Shown: positions 22,716-35,680 of the stretch, piece after piece | Numbering within the stretch: the first letter of the stretch is position 1 | Layout: every line of letters begins with the position of its first letter | Source: Vicugna vicugna | Taxonomy: Eukaryota | NCBI GenBank assembly: GCA_013265495.1 | Contig: MU057711.1 | Location: forward strand, 2,554,844 to 2,618,843 | Reading direction: 5' to 3' | Length of the DNA: 64,000 nucleotides | Program-made: the position numbers and the translations under genes | Notes under the pieces: model-generated | Told to the model about the DNA's origin: nothing | Databases searched by the model: none | Seen by the model: the letters and a program-made list of their open reading frames with translations, nothing else

Positions 22716-25339
22716 AAAACCATGAAGAGACACAGGGTTGTGGAGGTTTGGGGAGGTGTTTTTGAAGGAGGTGGCATGTGAGTGTGGCTCTAAGGATGGT
22801 AAGACTGAGACCAGGACTCAGAATCTAAAGGATCTCCATGGGCCAGAGAAGTCATATTAATGAATGCAGCTGGCTGGTGGGAGACACCTGGGAGGTGTGG
22901 GGAGTAGGGTGCTCTGGGAAGCACATGCCTGTGTCAAGAGAGTAGCGCCCCTCAGCCCAGCCAACTGTTCCATGTGGGAGCATTGCCCTGATGTTGCCAC
23001 ATCTTCTGATTGTTAGGAGAATCCAGCCATCTGGATTTTTATGTGAAAATTTTCTAATTAAAAGAATTATCATCAACCACATAAAACATTTTAAAACACT
23101 TTCTTTGGGTGGACTCCAGACAGCTAGATTTGGCCTGGCTTGTGACTGTTGATTTAGACTTACAGGACTTTGGTAGGGTATGGTTGTGTTAGTGATAATA
23201 ACACATACAAGTGAATATTAAAGGTGCCTAATGCTTTACGTGCATTCTTTACATGAATTATTCCCCTGTGTACAGATGAGGAGACAGGCTCAGCAAGTTA
23301 AAGTCCTCACCCCAGCCAGGGAGAGCCGGATTCAGGCTGCCTCCAAAGGGGAAGATACTGCCCAAGCCAAGGCTGGGTGCTGGGACATCATGGATAATAT
23401 GTTTCAGTTGGGTGGGAATAGGATGGGAGGGCAGGTGGGGTAAGTGCAGTATAGATGTGGTTTGGGCCACTTTATACTGTGGCCCCCGCCGTGTGCACGT
23501 AATAGGTGTCAGAAGTGTGATTAGAGCTTTCAGAATCAGACTTCTGAGGTCGAGACACAACTGCACCTCTCCCAGCTGAGCAGCCTTGGGCCATGTGATG
23601 GCTCATCTCTGACCCTCAGCTTTTACATCTGTGGAATGGGTAGAGTCATTGTTCCTACCTCATGAAGTTGTTCAAAGAGTGAAATGAGTTTGTTCTGGCA
23701 AATCAGGGAGAATAAAGTAGATGTTGTCCCTCCTCTTGCAGATTTCTGGTGTGATCAACTAAGGAATACCCAGATGTGTACCAAACGTAATGAAGGGAAA
23801 AGAATGGGGCGTGGTGAAAGAGAATAAGGAGGGGTTCTATTTTGGATTGGGGAGTGAAGTCGTTGGGACCCAAAGATCTCAAATAACCAGGTGATAAAAG
23901 ATTTGGTGGAAGCATCTCAGACAAAGGGTTTGGGAAGTGCAGAGGCCAGGAGGCATGATTAGTGCATAGAGAGCCTTCAACCCCCTTCTGGGTTTCTGAC
24001 TTGTGACCAGAATCCAGTCTCTGAGATGTTTGGGCAGAAATACGTGGTCCAGCAAAGGGGGTGGGTAGTGCCCGGGGGCTGAGGGGATGAAAATGCTATA
24101 TGTTTTACCCATTTTGAGCCCTTGTCCATCCACTGCAAATCTTCCAATTTTTACAGAAACCAAATTACTTGGTTTTATTTTATTTTTACTTTTCATCGTG
24201 TCTGATCACTCCAGCTTGTCTCCTTGCTGGCTGGGTGGGAGGTTGGGGAGAACCTCCTGGTCCTGTGAAGTAGTGTCAGCCCAGAGCTGATTGGCTGGCC
24301 TGTCGTGTGCTACCCAAGCCCCAGGCCTTGAACCTGAGTACTTGGAGCTGGGGCCCTGGAGAGGGTGGGGCAGAGCATAAAGAGCCTCGGTCAGCAGAGT
24401 GGGCCTGGCCACCCTCAGGCCATGGGTGAGGCTAGGGAAGACCAGAACCTCCCGAAAGAGCTCAGGCCCAGGGTGTGTTTCTAACTCCAGAAAGTCCGTG
24501 CGGACCAGCAGGCCCCCTTGCACAGAGGCTTGACTGACGGTGGCTCCACTGAGTGGGTTTGGGGGTGCTGTTTTGGGGTGTTGAGGCCACTTCATGCCTG
24601 GCTGCCAGAGTAGAGGGAACCTTGTTACAGGGTAGTTTTTGACCTTGACTTTGTTTTATCCTTTTTTTCCCCTAGTGTTGTAGATAGACTTCAAAAGCAA
24701 AAAAATGATGTCACAAAACCACTACAAACCAGAAAGGAGGTTGCCTTTTCAGTGGGCTCTGGAGGTACTCTTCTTGCCCCTGCCCTGGAAATCCCAAGGA
24801 GCCCACTGCCTTGGGCAGTCTTGGGTATGTGCTTCCTTTCTCATTGTTTGGTGGCTGCAGCCTCAGTGTGGCTATTAAGTGCCTGCTGTATGCTGAGCCT
24901 TGTGCTGAACCATGGGTGCAGCATTGAGTGTCTGCTGTATGCCAGGCCCTTGCCAAGAGCCGTCCATCCCACTCAGTTCTCACAGCACCATTATGAGGCA
25001 GATACTATTATTGTTCCCATTTTACTGATGAGGAAACTGAGGCTTTAAAGAATGTACCTTCTTGCCCAAAGTCAATTGACTTGGAAATGGAATCTTGCGC
25101 TAGCAAGTTTCAAATTCAGGTCAGTCTGATTTTAGAGCTGTCTTAAACTGCTATAGGTGAGAGGGTTTTGTTTTTTCTCTTAAACTGTATGTTAAAGCCT
25201 CATTAATGGCTCATGAAATCAATTTAGTGACCAGCTTTAAAACAATGAAATAGAAAAAAATAAAAATAAGGAAGAACATCCTGTATAGTAATAATAAATA
25301 TTGCTTTGTGTAACTTTGTTTAGAGGCATGGATATCCAT

Positions 25340-25410
25340 GTCTATAGATGGTAGATAGACAGACAGACAGGCAGACAGGCAGACAGGCAGACAGGCAGAC
25401 AGACAGACAT
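25340..25410. repeat. (CAGA/CAGG)n microsatellite within a probable hAT-Charlie fragment (~25140-25550)
   Basis: gacagacagacaggcagacaggcagacaggcag... Confidence 0.85.
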
Positions 25411-26004
25411 GGATACCCATACCAATAAATAGGTCTAAATCTGTGTATATCTAAACACATATCTAGACACAAACCCATACATCCAGAGGCCCATTATACA
25501 ACATAATTCTTACTTTGAGTCACTATCAATGTATTAGAAAACACTTGTGTTTTGTCACTGTACAGACTCTGAGCCTGAATGCCTGATTTCAAAACCTAGC
25601 TCTGCTTCTCACCAGCTGTGTGACCTTGGGCAAATTCCCTAACTTCTCTGTGCCAAAGTTTTCTTCCTTGGCTTCAGGGTCTTTTGGTGTGTTGACTTTT
25701 TGGTCAGAACAAATTCTCCCAGGATTGCCATGGATGATGTCTTGCTCACCACTCCCTTTGCGTAGGGCATAGAAAGAATCAGGGGTACCTGGGGAAGCTC
25801 CCATGTCCTCTCACCTTAGAAACCAACCTCTGAGCATGACGAGCAGCAGCTACATCTTGGCAGGAACACATGGCTGAATCTTTCCGGACAGAACACTGTT
25901 GGGAATCCTGAGCCTGGGGTTGGCCCCAGTTTAGCTATTAGGTATCTATTGTGACCTCTCCTGGCCTTTGCTTCATCTTCTCAAAATGTAGCAAAGAAGA
26001 GGTG

Positions 26005-26490
26005 AATGTCTAGGTTATCTTTTGCTATGAAACAAATTATTCCAAAACTTAGTGACTTAATCATTTTATGTTATGCTGAAGATTATGCAATTTGGGCAGG
26101 GCTTGGCAGGGGCCACTTATCTACAGCTCCAGATGGCATAGTCGGATTAGCTCAAACAGCGAGGGGCCAACTGTCACAGCCCCACCTGGCTCACATGTCT
26201 GGGGCCTCAGTTCTCTTCCAGGTGACCTCCCCACATGGTTAGCTTGGGCTTCCTCATAGTATGGCAGTCTCAGGGTAATCAGACTTCTTACGGGGGGGCC
26301 GGCTTCCCCACAGTGTAAAAGTAGAAACTGCCAGTCCTTCTTAAAGTTTAGTCCTGGAATCAGCAATGCCGCATTCTCTTTGTTAAAGTAAGCCACAGGT
26401 TCAGCCCAGGAGTAGGGGAAGGGATTACACAGGGGCGTAAATACTGGGAGGTGTAATTTACTGGGGGCCATCAAAATAGTCAACCAGAGA
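26005..26490. mobile_element. MLT1-type solo LTR
   Basis: tttgctatgaaacaaattattccaaaacttagtgacttaa...gcttcctcatagtatggcagtctcaggg...gggggccatc. Confidence 0.75.
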
Positions 26491-26669
26491 GGATGTGGTC
26501 TCCTGGAGAGAAGCTGCTGAGAGACTGAGGAAGAGAAAAGACTGAAAGGTGTCCATTGGATTTAGGATGCTAGTGGTCACGGTCTGGTTTGACAGGAGCT
26601 ATCTTGGTGGAATGACAGCAGAGGTGAGACTGGCATGGGTCCTGAAGGGACTGAGGACCACTTATAGGG

Positions 26670-27140
26670 GAGCCGAAGCACATACTTGTAAGAACATCCA
26701 TGGCTGCATTATTTGGAAGGAGGAAATTTTGTAACAACTCAGATATCCATCACTAGGAGACAGGCTGATAAACAGTGGTGTAGCCATTTCCTGGATCTCT
26801 GTGCAACTGGTAAAACCAGGTGGACGGAGGGCTGCAGGCTGATGGGAAGGAGGCCTGAAATGCAGTTAAATGAGCAAAGCAAGAGCGAGACATCAGTGCA
26901 ACGTGGTCCTGCTTTGTGCAGTGTGCAAAAGTCTGTTCTGGCCTCCATCTCCACATATCTGCAGGTGCACATAGAAAGATCTGGAATAATACACCGTCAA
27001 GGTTTGTTTTCCCCGAGGAGTGGAGTGTTGGGAGGTGGTGAGGAGAGAAGGAATTTCACATTTCACATTCCACTTTTCTACATTGTTTGACTTTTTTTCC
27101 CCCAGTGAGCATGTATTACTTGTGTATTTTTCAAAGTGCC
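26670..27140 (+). mobile_element. Old L1ME-type 3' region
   Basis: taacaactcagatatccatcactaggagacaggctgataaacagtgg...gagcatgtattacttgtgtattt. Confidence 0.65.
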
Positions 27141-27689
27141 AATACGTTTTAAAACAACGAGAAATGAGAAAATGGCATGTGTAGGCAAAACTCTTTGGAA
27201 AAGCTTTTCTGGAAGGGGTGGAGAGAGAAGACGATAGCTAGAGGTGGAGGGCAGGGGCTTGGGAAGGACTCAGGGTATGGCCCAGAGGACCACCTGCATC
27301 CAAGCCTCCCGAGTGTGGAGACCGTGGGTTGCCCCTCCCCCCCCGCCCCTTCCCACAACCAGAGCCTCTCTGTGTTGGGTAACTGGCCCTGCAGGAAAGG
27401 CGATGGGGGCAGGGAGCAGGAGGGGGAGGGCAGAGGTGGGGATGACGCTCCCCATCTGTAGAAGTGTGGGGATCGGGTGCGGAGAAGCCGCCATGGTTCC
27501 TGACCCATGACAAGTTCTCAGTCAGTGGTCCTGTTCCCTTCTGTGTGGTTCCCCGTGGCTGCGGATCCACACACCTGTAAGTGGATTGAGAACCTTGCTG
27601 ACGGTTATTGAGACCTGGCCTCTTTTTCAAGCTCAGCCAGGCTTCTTTTATAACTAGAAGGAAGGAGATGTGAAAAGCATATGTAGACT

Positions 27690-27900
27690 AGTGCTAGAAC
27701 TTTCTGTGATGATGGGAAGGCTCTATGTCTGCACTGTCCAGTGTAGGAACTGTGCACCACCTGTGGCTACTGAGCACTTGGATGTGGCTACTGCGACTGA
27801 GGAACTGAATTTTAAATATATTATATTTGAATTAATTTAAATGCTAATTTAAACAGCCACGTGGGGCTAGCAGCCTCTTCCTGGATAGCACAGCTCTGGA
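27690..27900. mobile_element. MER3 DNA transposon
   Basis: agaactttctgtgatgatgg...gtggctactgagcacttg...gactgaggaactgaatttt...cagccacgtgg. Confidence 0.85.
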
Positions 27901-29349
27901 CCCACGGAGAGGAGCCAGCGCTGCAGGGCACCAGGCTAACCCCCAACCAGGGGGCGGTGGAAGGGGCACTTTGCAGTAGATGGTGGTGGAAGGAGAGCTC
28001 TGCCGCCAGGAAGCACTGGTGAAACCCTCCCTGGGGCCTTTCCAGACCCTGCTACTTGGAGGCATGGCTTCCCTCCAGCTTCCCTCCAGCTTGGACAGAG
28101 GAAGCCAAGGCTGGCCACTGTCGTGATCAGTGATGGGAAGGATACTGGGGTCTCCCAGAGGGTGGATTGGGGCACCTTCTCCTGGTGTCCTAACTTGGGG
28201 CCTTCCTAGTTTTCTCATCCTTGGAGGGCCTGCTTGGCATCTGCTCTGGGGTTTGTGGGTGAGGACTTGTCCCATTGGCTCTGGTCTGGGAAGCTGGGGC
28301 TCCTGGGGCTGGGGCTCAGCACTGAGATGGGCCAGCTTTTCTTTGGCAGGAAGAGCCAGCATTCATCCAGAGCTTTATGGTCTGCAAAACCTTCCTCCCA
28401 GTGATTTGTCAGGCATTTCACATTTGCAGAAACCTGGCCAGGGCCAGTGTTAATACTATGGGGAAGCTGAGGCCTGACTGCAGAGTCCGTGGGGCAGGCT
28501 CCGTGTGGCTCCCCACTGTGTCCTTACGGCCTTTTGCACTGCTTGGCATGTGGCAGGTGCTCACGGGCCATTTGCCAGGTGGGTGAGGCTCAGAGGGGCG
28601 TGGCAGCTTGGCCAGAGGGCACGTGGCCTCTGGAGGTCCTGTCCTCCAAGTCCCCACGTCTCTTCACAGAGCTTCGCTACTCTGAACCTTTGAATAAAAA
28701 AAGAAAAAAAAAAGAAAAAAAAATCAAAACAGGACTGAAGTGTATGTACTTGAAGCCTCCTTCCCACCTCTGCCAACACCACCGCCTCCCAGCGCCCCTC
28801 TTCTGAGGCATCTGCTGTTTGTGGCTCCCGGAGGCACTTCCGGCCCTGCTCTGTGAGTGTGGACCCTTATCCCCGCATGGACTATAGAAGCCCTCTTGAC
28901 CAGCAAGACTGGGAAGCCATTGATCTTTGTTGGTTACTTGAAAAATTCACTGAAGGTAGGGAATTGTAAACAAGTGATAGAGACTTAATTTTCTTTTAGC
29001 CTTAGTTGCATGTTATATTCTGTTTCTGCACCTTGCTTTTTTAACTTCGTGTGTCTTGGGAATCTTTCCATATCGCTGCAGAGAATCTGCTTGCTCTTCT
29101 TGTCTCTCAAGCCTTCCCTCGTAGGGATGGACCGTAATTTATTGCACTGATTCCCTACTGCTGGGCATCTTGGTTATTTACAGGCCTGCGCCCATGGTCT
29201 AAAGTAGACTGTTAGGTGAGTGTGGTTCATTTCTGTAGCTGTGCTTTTGCACACACACTACACGCCCTGATGTGGTCTCCAGGTGTGGTTCTACTACTTT
29301 CCTAACAAAACCAAGGTTTCTCCCCCAAGGCCAGGGTCTTCAAAACCAA

Positions 29350-29900
29350 AAAGGGCAGCAGCTTCAGGGGGGTTTGTGGTTAAGGAAGTACAACCTTTCT
29401 CTGAATGGATTAATCAGGATCCTTTGGGTTTTAAGCACATCTTAGCTGTTTCATACAGAGGCGCATTATTGGCCTGTATAATGGGGAAGTTGGGAGGGTG
29501 AATTGAATTCAGGTACAGCTGGATCCTAGAGCTCCGGCTGTGTCCCGGGTTGGCGGCCTATGCCTTCAGCTCTGCTTTCTTTTGGGTCAGTTCATTCTAG
29601 GGCAGGCTCTCCCCAGGTAGTGGCAGTTTGGGTCTCAGTGGCCTGGGCTTCCATCTCTGGCTGGAAGAGAGAGTTTCAGCCAAAGCTCAGGCAGGACTCT
29701 CATTGTTTTGACCTGGCTCACATGTCCACCCCAGAACAAAACTCTGTACCTCTGATGGTCCTGGGTCACGTGGCTGCCCTGGAGTGAGGGCTGGGATCAG
29801 CACCCCCTACCCCCAAACCTCAAGGGCTGGGAGGGAGGGTTGGATGGCTCCCTAAAGAAAAAGCACCTGTGAGGAGAAGGCTGCAGAGTGCACACGGGTG
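29350..29900. mobile_element. MLT1-type LTR (old subfamily)
   Basis: ttcaggtacagctggatcctagagctc...ggactctcattg...tgggtcacgtggctgccctggagt. Confidence 0.55.
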
Positions 29901-32900
29901 GACAGAACCAACATTTATGCGCCACGTAAGACTCACTGACTGCAGCCCCAGGCAGCAGCTGGTGAGCGTGGGTGGGAACAAGGCAGCCCGACAATTAGCT
30001 GACTGTCTGGGGAGAACTACTCCCTGACATTGGAAGTGGGAAGAGCAGGGGTGATTTGCCACTTCCTCCGTGCAGCCCACATGGGTCACAGCTTTCCTTT
30101 CAAGCTCCTAACCTCTCTGCGATGATCATAGTTCAGTGATCATAATCCTCAGGGGATAGGTAATAGACCCTGTTGGGAATCTGCTGTATCTGATGGTATC
30201 TTCCTCTTCAAATAAATTCTCTTCCGCCATTACCTCCAATTCCAGGGCACCCGTAGCCCCCAAGTTAAGAAGCTCTGCCTCAGTTTGCACGGTTGTTTTT
30301 TTTTTCTAACTTTGTTTTACTTTTTTTCCCCCCTCCCCTCTATGGGTCTTTTCCACTCCAGGGGGCACAGAGCTTTGGACCTGGGCTTTGGATCTGGGTT
30401 TGTCCTGAACTGTTTTGACATTGGGCCTTAATTTCCTTACCTATAAAATGAAGGAAAAAAGTATCCATCTCTTGGAATCATTTCAAGGATTAAATGAAAA
30501 ACGCATGTTGTGATTTAAGGCTTAGTATGCAGTAAGCACTCAGTAAACACGCTCAAAGGCCCGATAAGACCTCTGGAGCTGGTGATGTGTTCTGGAAGAT
30601 TCCCAGCAAACCCACTCCGTCTCTCCGGGGCCCAGGACAGCATCCAGAAGGGGCTTGGTTGCTGTTTGATGGATGCAGAGTTTCAGAGACAACATCTTTG
30701 TTCACTCGTGAGTTCCCTGGAATGAGGTTTCAGTGGCTTATCCAGGTGTCTTGGGGTTAGTTTGGGTTAGTCATGAGTGCTTTTACATTCTGCATTTAGG
30801 ATACCTCTCACTTATTTTATCAACTGTGCCTCCTGCCTGGCCATGGACAGGCCACAGGTGAGGGCTCACCTGTGCATTATGGCCACTTGAAGGAGTTCCG
30901 CGATCTCAGCAGAGTCCTTTCTGGCCACTAAGCCCCGGCCAGTGGCTCCACTGTTCACCTGGCTGGACACCAGGTCTCAGGTGGTGGATACTGTTCTGTA
31001 GAAATGCCAACTGGTGACTTGCTTTGAGAGTATTAAGACACAAAGTCCCTGTGGTTAACAGCAAATTAATCACGGCATTAAGGAGGTTATGTCTTGGGGA
31101 GACATGACTTCATGAGCTTGTCATAAAGTCTGTCCCTGCCATGTTTCACTCTCCCAAGATTTTTGACGTTCAGAAAAGAAACCTCAGATAGAGTTACCAA
31201 GTTTTACAGAAATATTTTTACTGGGCAGAAGATTGCTTTATGGTGAGAGCCAGTTATTTCAGGAGACAAGCAAAGAGCCCTTTATTCTCACGTTCTGTGG
31301 GAGGAAAATATTATGCTAGAAAGCCCGCTTCTTGGACGGGCCGTTTGAGAGGCCAGGCTGCATTTCTGGAGTTGGGAGTGGGTGACAGGAGGTGGTGCGG
31401 GAAGCTGGCGGGCTCCTGGGCGTGTGCCCACCTTCTCTTAACCCTCCCTGGGGATGTGGGGCTGGTTGCGTGGGCAGAAGGGAGCCTAAGCTTGTAGAAC
31501 AGGGAAGGGAGGTGGTCAGAGCTGGGCTTTGACCTGGGGGTGCATGGCAGAGAGAGGAAGAAATGGGGTGGTACAGCAGTGTGGGAGGCCCCCAGCTGGG
31601 GTCACCTGGCTCTGCCATTTATAAGCTGTGTGACTCTGGGCCCTCACCCCTCTGAGCCTCTATTTTCACATGTAAATCGGGGATAACATGCTTATCCACC
31701 ACGTGGGCTTGTGAGCATTAAGTGAGATCATCTATGTCAAGCAGTTACTCGTTTTCTCAATCCATGATGTCCGATGGCGATTTGTTGGAGGCAGAGAGAT
31801 GGGCCTTCCTCATCCACATTCCAGAACCAGCTCATCCCACTTGGAGCCCAGTGGGCATATTTCCTGAGTCCCAAATGATATCTTCTAGTCTGATACCGTG
31901 GTGGGGGGTTGGAAATTGGGGCCGCTCCAGCAAGCTGGAGATTTACGGGCCTCGTTCTTTGAGCTCCAGTCTGTACTTCGGCTCATGGAAGGGACTGGTC
32001 TCTCCCGGAAATTAGGGGAAAAGAATATTGGCTTGATTGTGCTCAAGGAGGATGGGTTTGACCTTTGCGGATTAAGACTTTGTTCTCCCCTCCCCACCTC
32101 AACGTGGAAGAAGGGTGCCTGCCAAGGGTTTTGTTTGTGTCTGGAGCGGCCGTGTGTCTGATAAGGAGACAGCATCCTTGCCCTCTTCTTGCTGCTGAGC
32201 ATAATCCCTTTTAAGTTGGGCGGTTGGAGAGGGTTGATTTATTTCGTTCTCTTCCTCACCTCCCTGTCGTTATTTAGAATGTGAGGGAGAGTTTATCTTG
32301 TTCTCTGGGAGATCTATCGTTTCAGCTTTGGAATGGTACCCAAGTTTACAGAAGGGAGTCTGGTGCCCAGAGCCTTCTGGTAAATATTTTGGGAAGTTGG
32401 ATTCCACTGGCATTATGGCCCGTGGGTTGGGCAGTGGGTGCTTTTCTGTGACTCCTTGATGGAACTTGGACTCTTTTCATACAATGCCCTGCACACGGGC
32501 TACGTGCCAAGGCATCTTAGTGCCCAGAATTCCTGCCTCTTACGGGTCCACTTGCGCTGTACCTTCCTCCAGGAATCCACGTGTTGCTTCTTCCTTCCCT
32601 GCAAATGCACATGGTCCTTCTTTATCTTCAGAACCCTGCCCTCCTCCTTTCTTTTCACACAGCCTCCATTGTTCATTTACACCCCCTTCTTCCTCCCACC
32701 ACGCCGCCAGAGTCTTCCCCAAAGCTGCCCTTCTTGCTCCTGAAAGCCTTCATATCACGTTGCTGATCCCTCCTGTGTTCTGCTCTGGGTTGGCCACATC
32801 AGACAGATGGACCCTGGACAAAACCCATGTTCTCTCAATCTCAGTTTCTTCATCAGTGAAATGGGATGGCAACATAGAGCCCCCCCTCCCTTCTAGGCTG

Positions 32901-33204
32901 AGTGTGAGGATGAAAAGATAATGGGCCTGGTGTGCAGTAGGGTTTGGTAAATATTTCACCCTCCCCACCTTAAATTATAAGCTGCTTGAGTGCAAATGCC
33001 AGTTCTTAGTCATCTTCCTGTCTCCTTGAGAGCATCTTAGCGTGGCTTCTGGTCCATAGTTGGCTTGAGAACACAGTCAGTGGGACCTGCTGGTTAGGAT
33101 GGTGGTGACTCTCCAAAGTGTCCCTTGGATGGAGAAAGTGTCTCAGAACTTCATTTTCTAGGCTTTGGGGGAAGATAAACAATTTGCTTAACAGAGTGTT
33201 TAGA

Positions 33205-33535
33205 GCGCAGGGGGCACTGTCCACAATGTGGCCCCTAGCCTCGCACAGTTGTCGAGCGTTTGAAATAGGGCTGGGCTGGGTTGTAAATACATGGCAGGTT
33301 TCAAAGGCTTCGTATAAAAACAGAGAATGTAGCATTTCTCCTTAATAATTTTTACATTGATAATAAAAAATGATGATATTTTGAAATGGAAGTATTTTTG
33401 ACATTTTGGCTTAAATAACATTAATAAAGTTAATTTCACTTGTTTTTCTCTCTTTTTTTTAACGTGGCAACTAGAAAACTTAAAATTACACGTATGATTT
33501 AACATTCTATTCCTACAGGGTGGCAAGCACTGGTC
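33205..33535. mobile_element. MER33 DNA transposon
   Basis: gcactgtcca...aaagttaatttcacttg...aacgtggcaactagaaaacttaaaattacac. Confidence 0.75.
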
Positions 33536-33789
33536 TAGATTCTAGACCATTCTCAATGGTGATGATACTGCCCCCCAGGAGGTGAAAAATGGTTTGGGGT
33601 TGGGGGGCACAAAAATCTTAGTCTCGTTAGATATAAAGCACAGATTGTATGTATGTGTGTATATATATATCTCTACATAAATAGACAAACAGTGGTATTA
33701 AAATTTCACGTTGGAGTGATTAGGAAAAAAGTTTCAGTAGGTTCTGTATGGGGTGAGGGCAGATAATAAAGAATGAGAAATGCTCCAGA

Positions 33790-33990
33790 GACAGCCAGAC
33801 CTGATGCAGGTGCTGGCTCTGCCACTTATTAGCTATGTGACCTTGGGCAATTTCCTTAACCTCTCTGTGCCTCTGTTTCCGCACCTGTAAAATGGGAGGA
33901 GAAATGGTTGTGTAGGTTGAGAATGCCTGTGAAACACTTAGCTCAGGACCTGACAGAACAGACAATGAGCAGGGTGGTTATTACTGTCGT
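33790..33990. mobile_element. MIR SINE (representative of many copies in the window)
   Basis: ctctgccacttattagctatgtgaccttgggcaatttccttaacctctctgtgcctctgtttcc...tgtaaaatggg. Similar cores lie near 3.3k, 10.7k, 23.6k, 25.0k, 25.6k, 31.6k, 36.2k, 37.4k, 40.2k, 45.6k, 48.1k, 49.3k, 53.1k, 57.3k and 61.2k. Confidence 0.9.
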
Positions 33991-34769
33991 TCACATTGAT
34001 ATGTAATAAACGAAGCCTCTGGAGGCTTACTGGGGTAGGGGTTCCACTTCCAAAATTTACGGAGTGACCATAGTGTCTGTGAGCCTCAGTTTTTCCATCT
34101 GGAAAATGTGTTGCTGGGAGGACTGTTAACATCTGGGCAGCACTTCGCGCTGAGCAAGGAACGTGGCTGGAGGGTATTTGAATGATGTGCCCCCACCTCC
34201 GACCCCCAGCCATAGCAGCACCAGACCAGGCACTGAGGGGTTTCACGCTGGGCTCTGGTCATCAGTGGCCTTCTCCAGGCTCCTGGCAGGCCCTCCTGGC
34301 TGTGCGGGTGTGCAGCTGCCGGGGCTGGGCCGCGGCTGTGCTGGTAGCTCCTCCCTGGGGCTGCCTTCAAAGGGAGAGCTGGGAGGAAGGTGGAGGGGGA
34401 AGGAGGGGCTGCTCATTGACTGCCTGACACAGACAATTGGATTAAAGGTCCTTTTCAAGGCCTTGGAAATTGTCAGTGACATGGGCCCTGGCTTGTGGAC
34501 TGCGGCCGGCAACCTTCCCGTAACTAAACCAAATTCCCTCTTCTGAGATCATGATTTGAGAGACAGAGATGCCAAGACTCTGCCTTCTGTGGGAGGAGGT
34601 GATGGAGAGAGGCTGGTCAGTTAGGATGAGGAGGACCAGCTGGCCACATCCTGGGAGGACCCAGGGTGTATGTACATGGTGGTTCTGGGGGTTGAGTGAG
34701 GGCCTTGGGAGTTTCAGGCAGACTGGACACCTGGGTATCACTGCTTGATACCTCCTCTCAGTGTCACTT

Positions 34770-35680
34770 ACACACCCAACATAACCTGTCCAAAACTACT
34801 CTCTTCATCTTCCTTGGGAACCCATGAGTGCTCCAGTCCCCACCAGACCAGTGACTGGCCTTCCATTCACCTATTGTTGAGGTCATTCCCAACTCCTCCT
34901 CCCCTCTCTCAACTGAATAGCCAACAGATGGACAATATTTGTCAATTCTGTGACCAAATGAACCTTAAATTTATCCACATCTTGCTACTGTCCCCATCCT
35001 GGTTTAAGCCACCACCATATTACTCCTGGAGGATTCCAACAGCCCCTGATTTTATCTTCTGTGTTTCAATCAGGCTGATCTTACAGAACACAGTGGGATT
35101 TTACAGAATCACACTCCTATTTAAATCCCTACTATGACTTCTCACGACCTTGAGAGAAATGTCTAAAATGCTTCCCACAGTCTTTAAGAGTGAGCATGAT
35201 TTGCCCCTCTCCCACCTCTCATCCCCTCCTGCCTTCCCCCTCACTCCTTCTGTCCCAGCTACTCTGGTCCTTTTTGGAACACATCCATCACACTTCTACC
35301 TCAGGGCCTTTGCACATGCTATTCCCTCTGCTTGGGATGCTCTTCCTGATACTCTTGGCCTTGTTCTCCCCTACCCACTTTTCAGGACTCAACTTCCACA
35401 TCACAGCCTCAGAGTGGCCTTCCTTGAGGCCCCACTTAGGACCAGTTCCTTCCTCACTGCTGTTCCTCATCACACCCAGCTCTTTCCACTCCCTTGGGGT
35501 GCTCCTTACCATTGGTCATCAGTGATTCGTTCACATGGTAATTGACCCACTGCTCACCTCCCACAGGAACATCACCTCTGGGGTTTCAGGGGGCAGTTTT
35601 TGTTATTAACCCCCAGAGCTCCATGCTTAGCACTGTGCCTGGCAAATAGTAGGCATCCATTAATACTTGCAGAATGAAAT
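34770..35680 (+). mobile_element. L2 LINE remnant
   Basis: cctcagggcctttgcacatgctattccctctgcttgggatgc...cttagcactgtgcctggcaaatagtaggc...gaatgaa. Confidence 0.85.
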
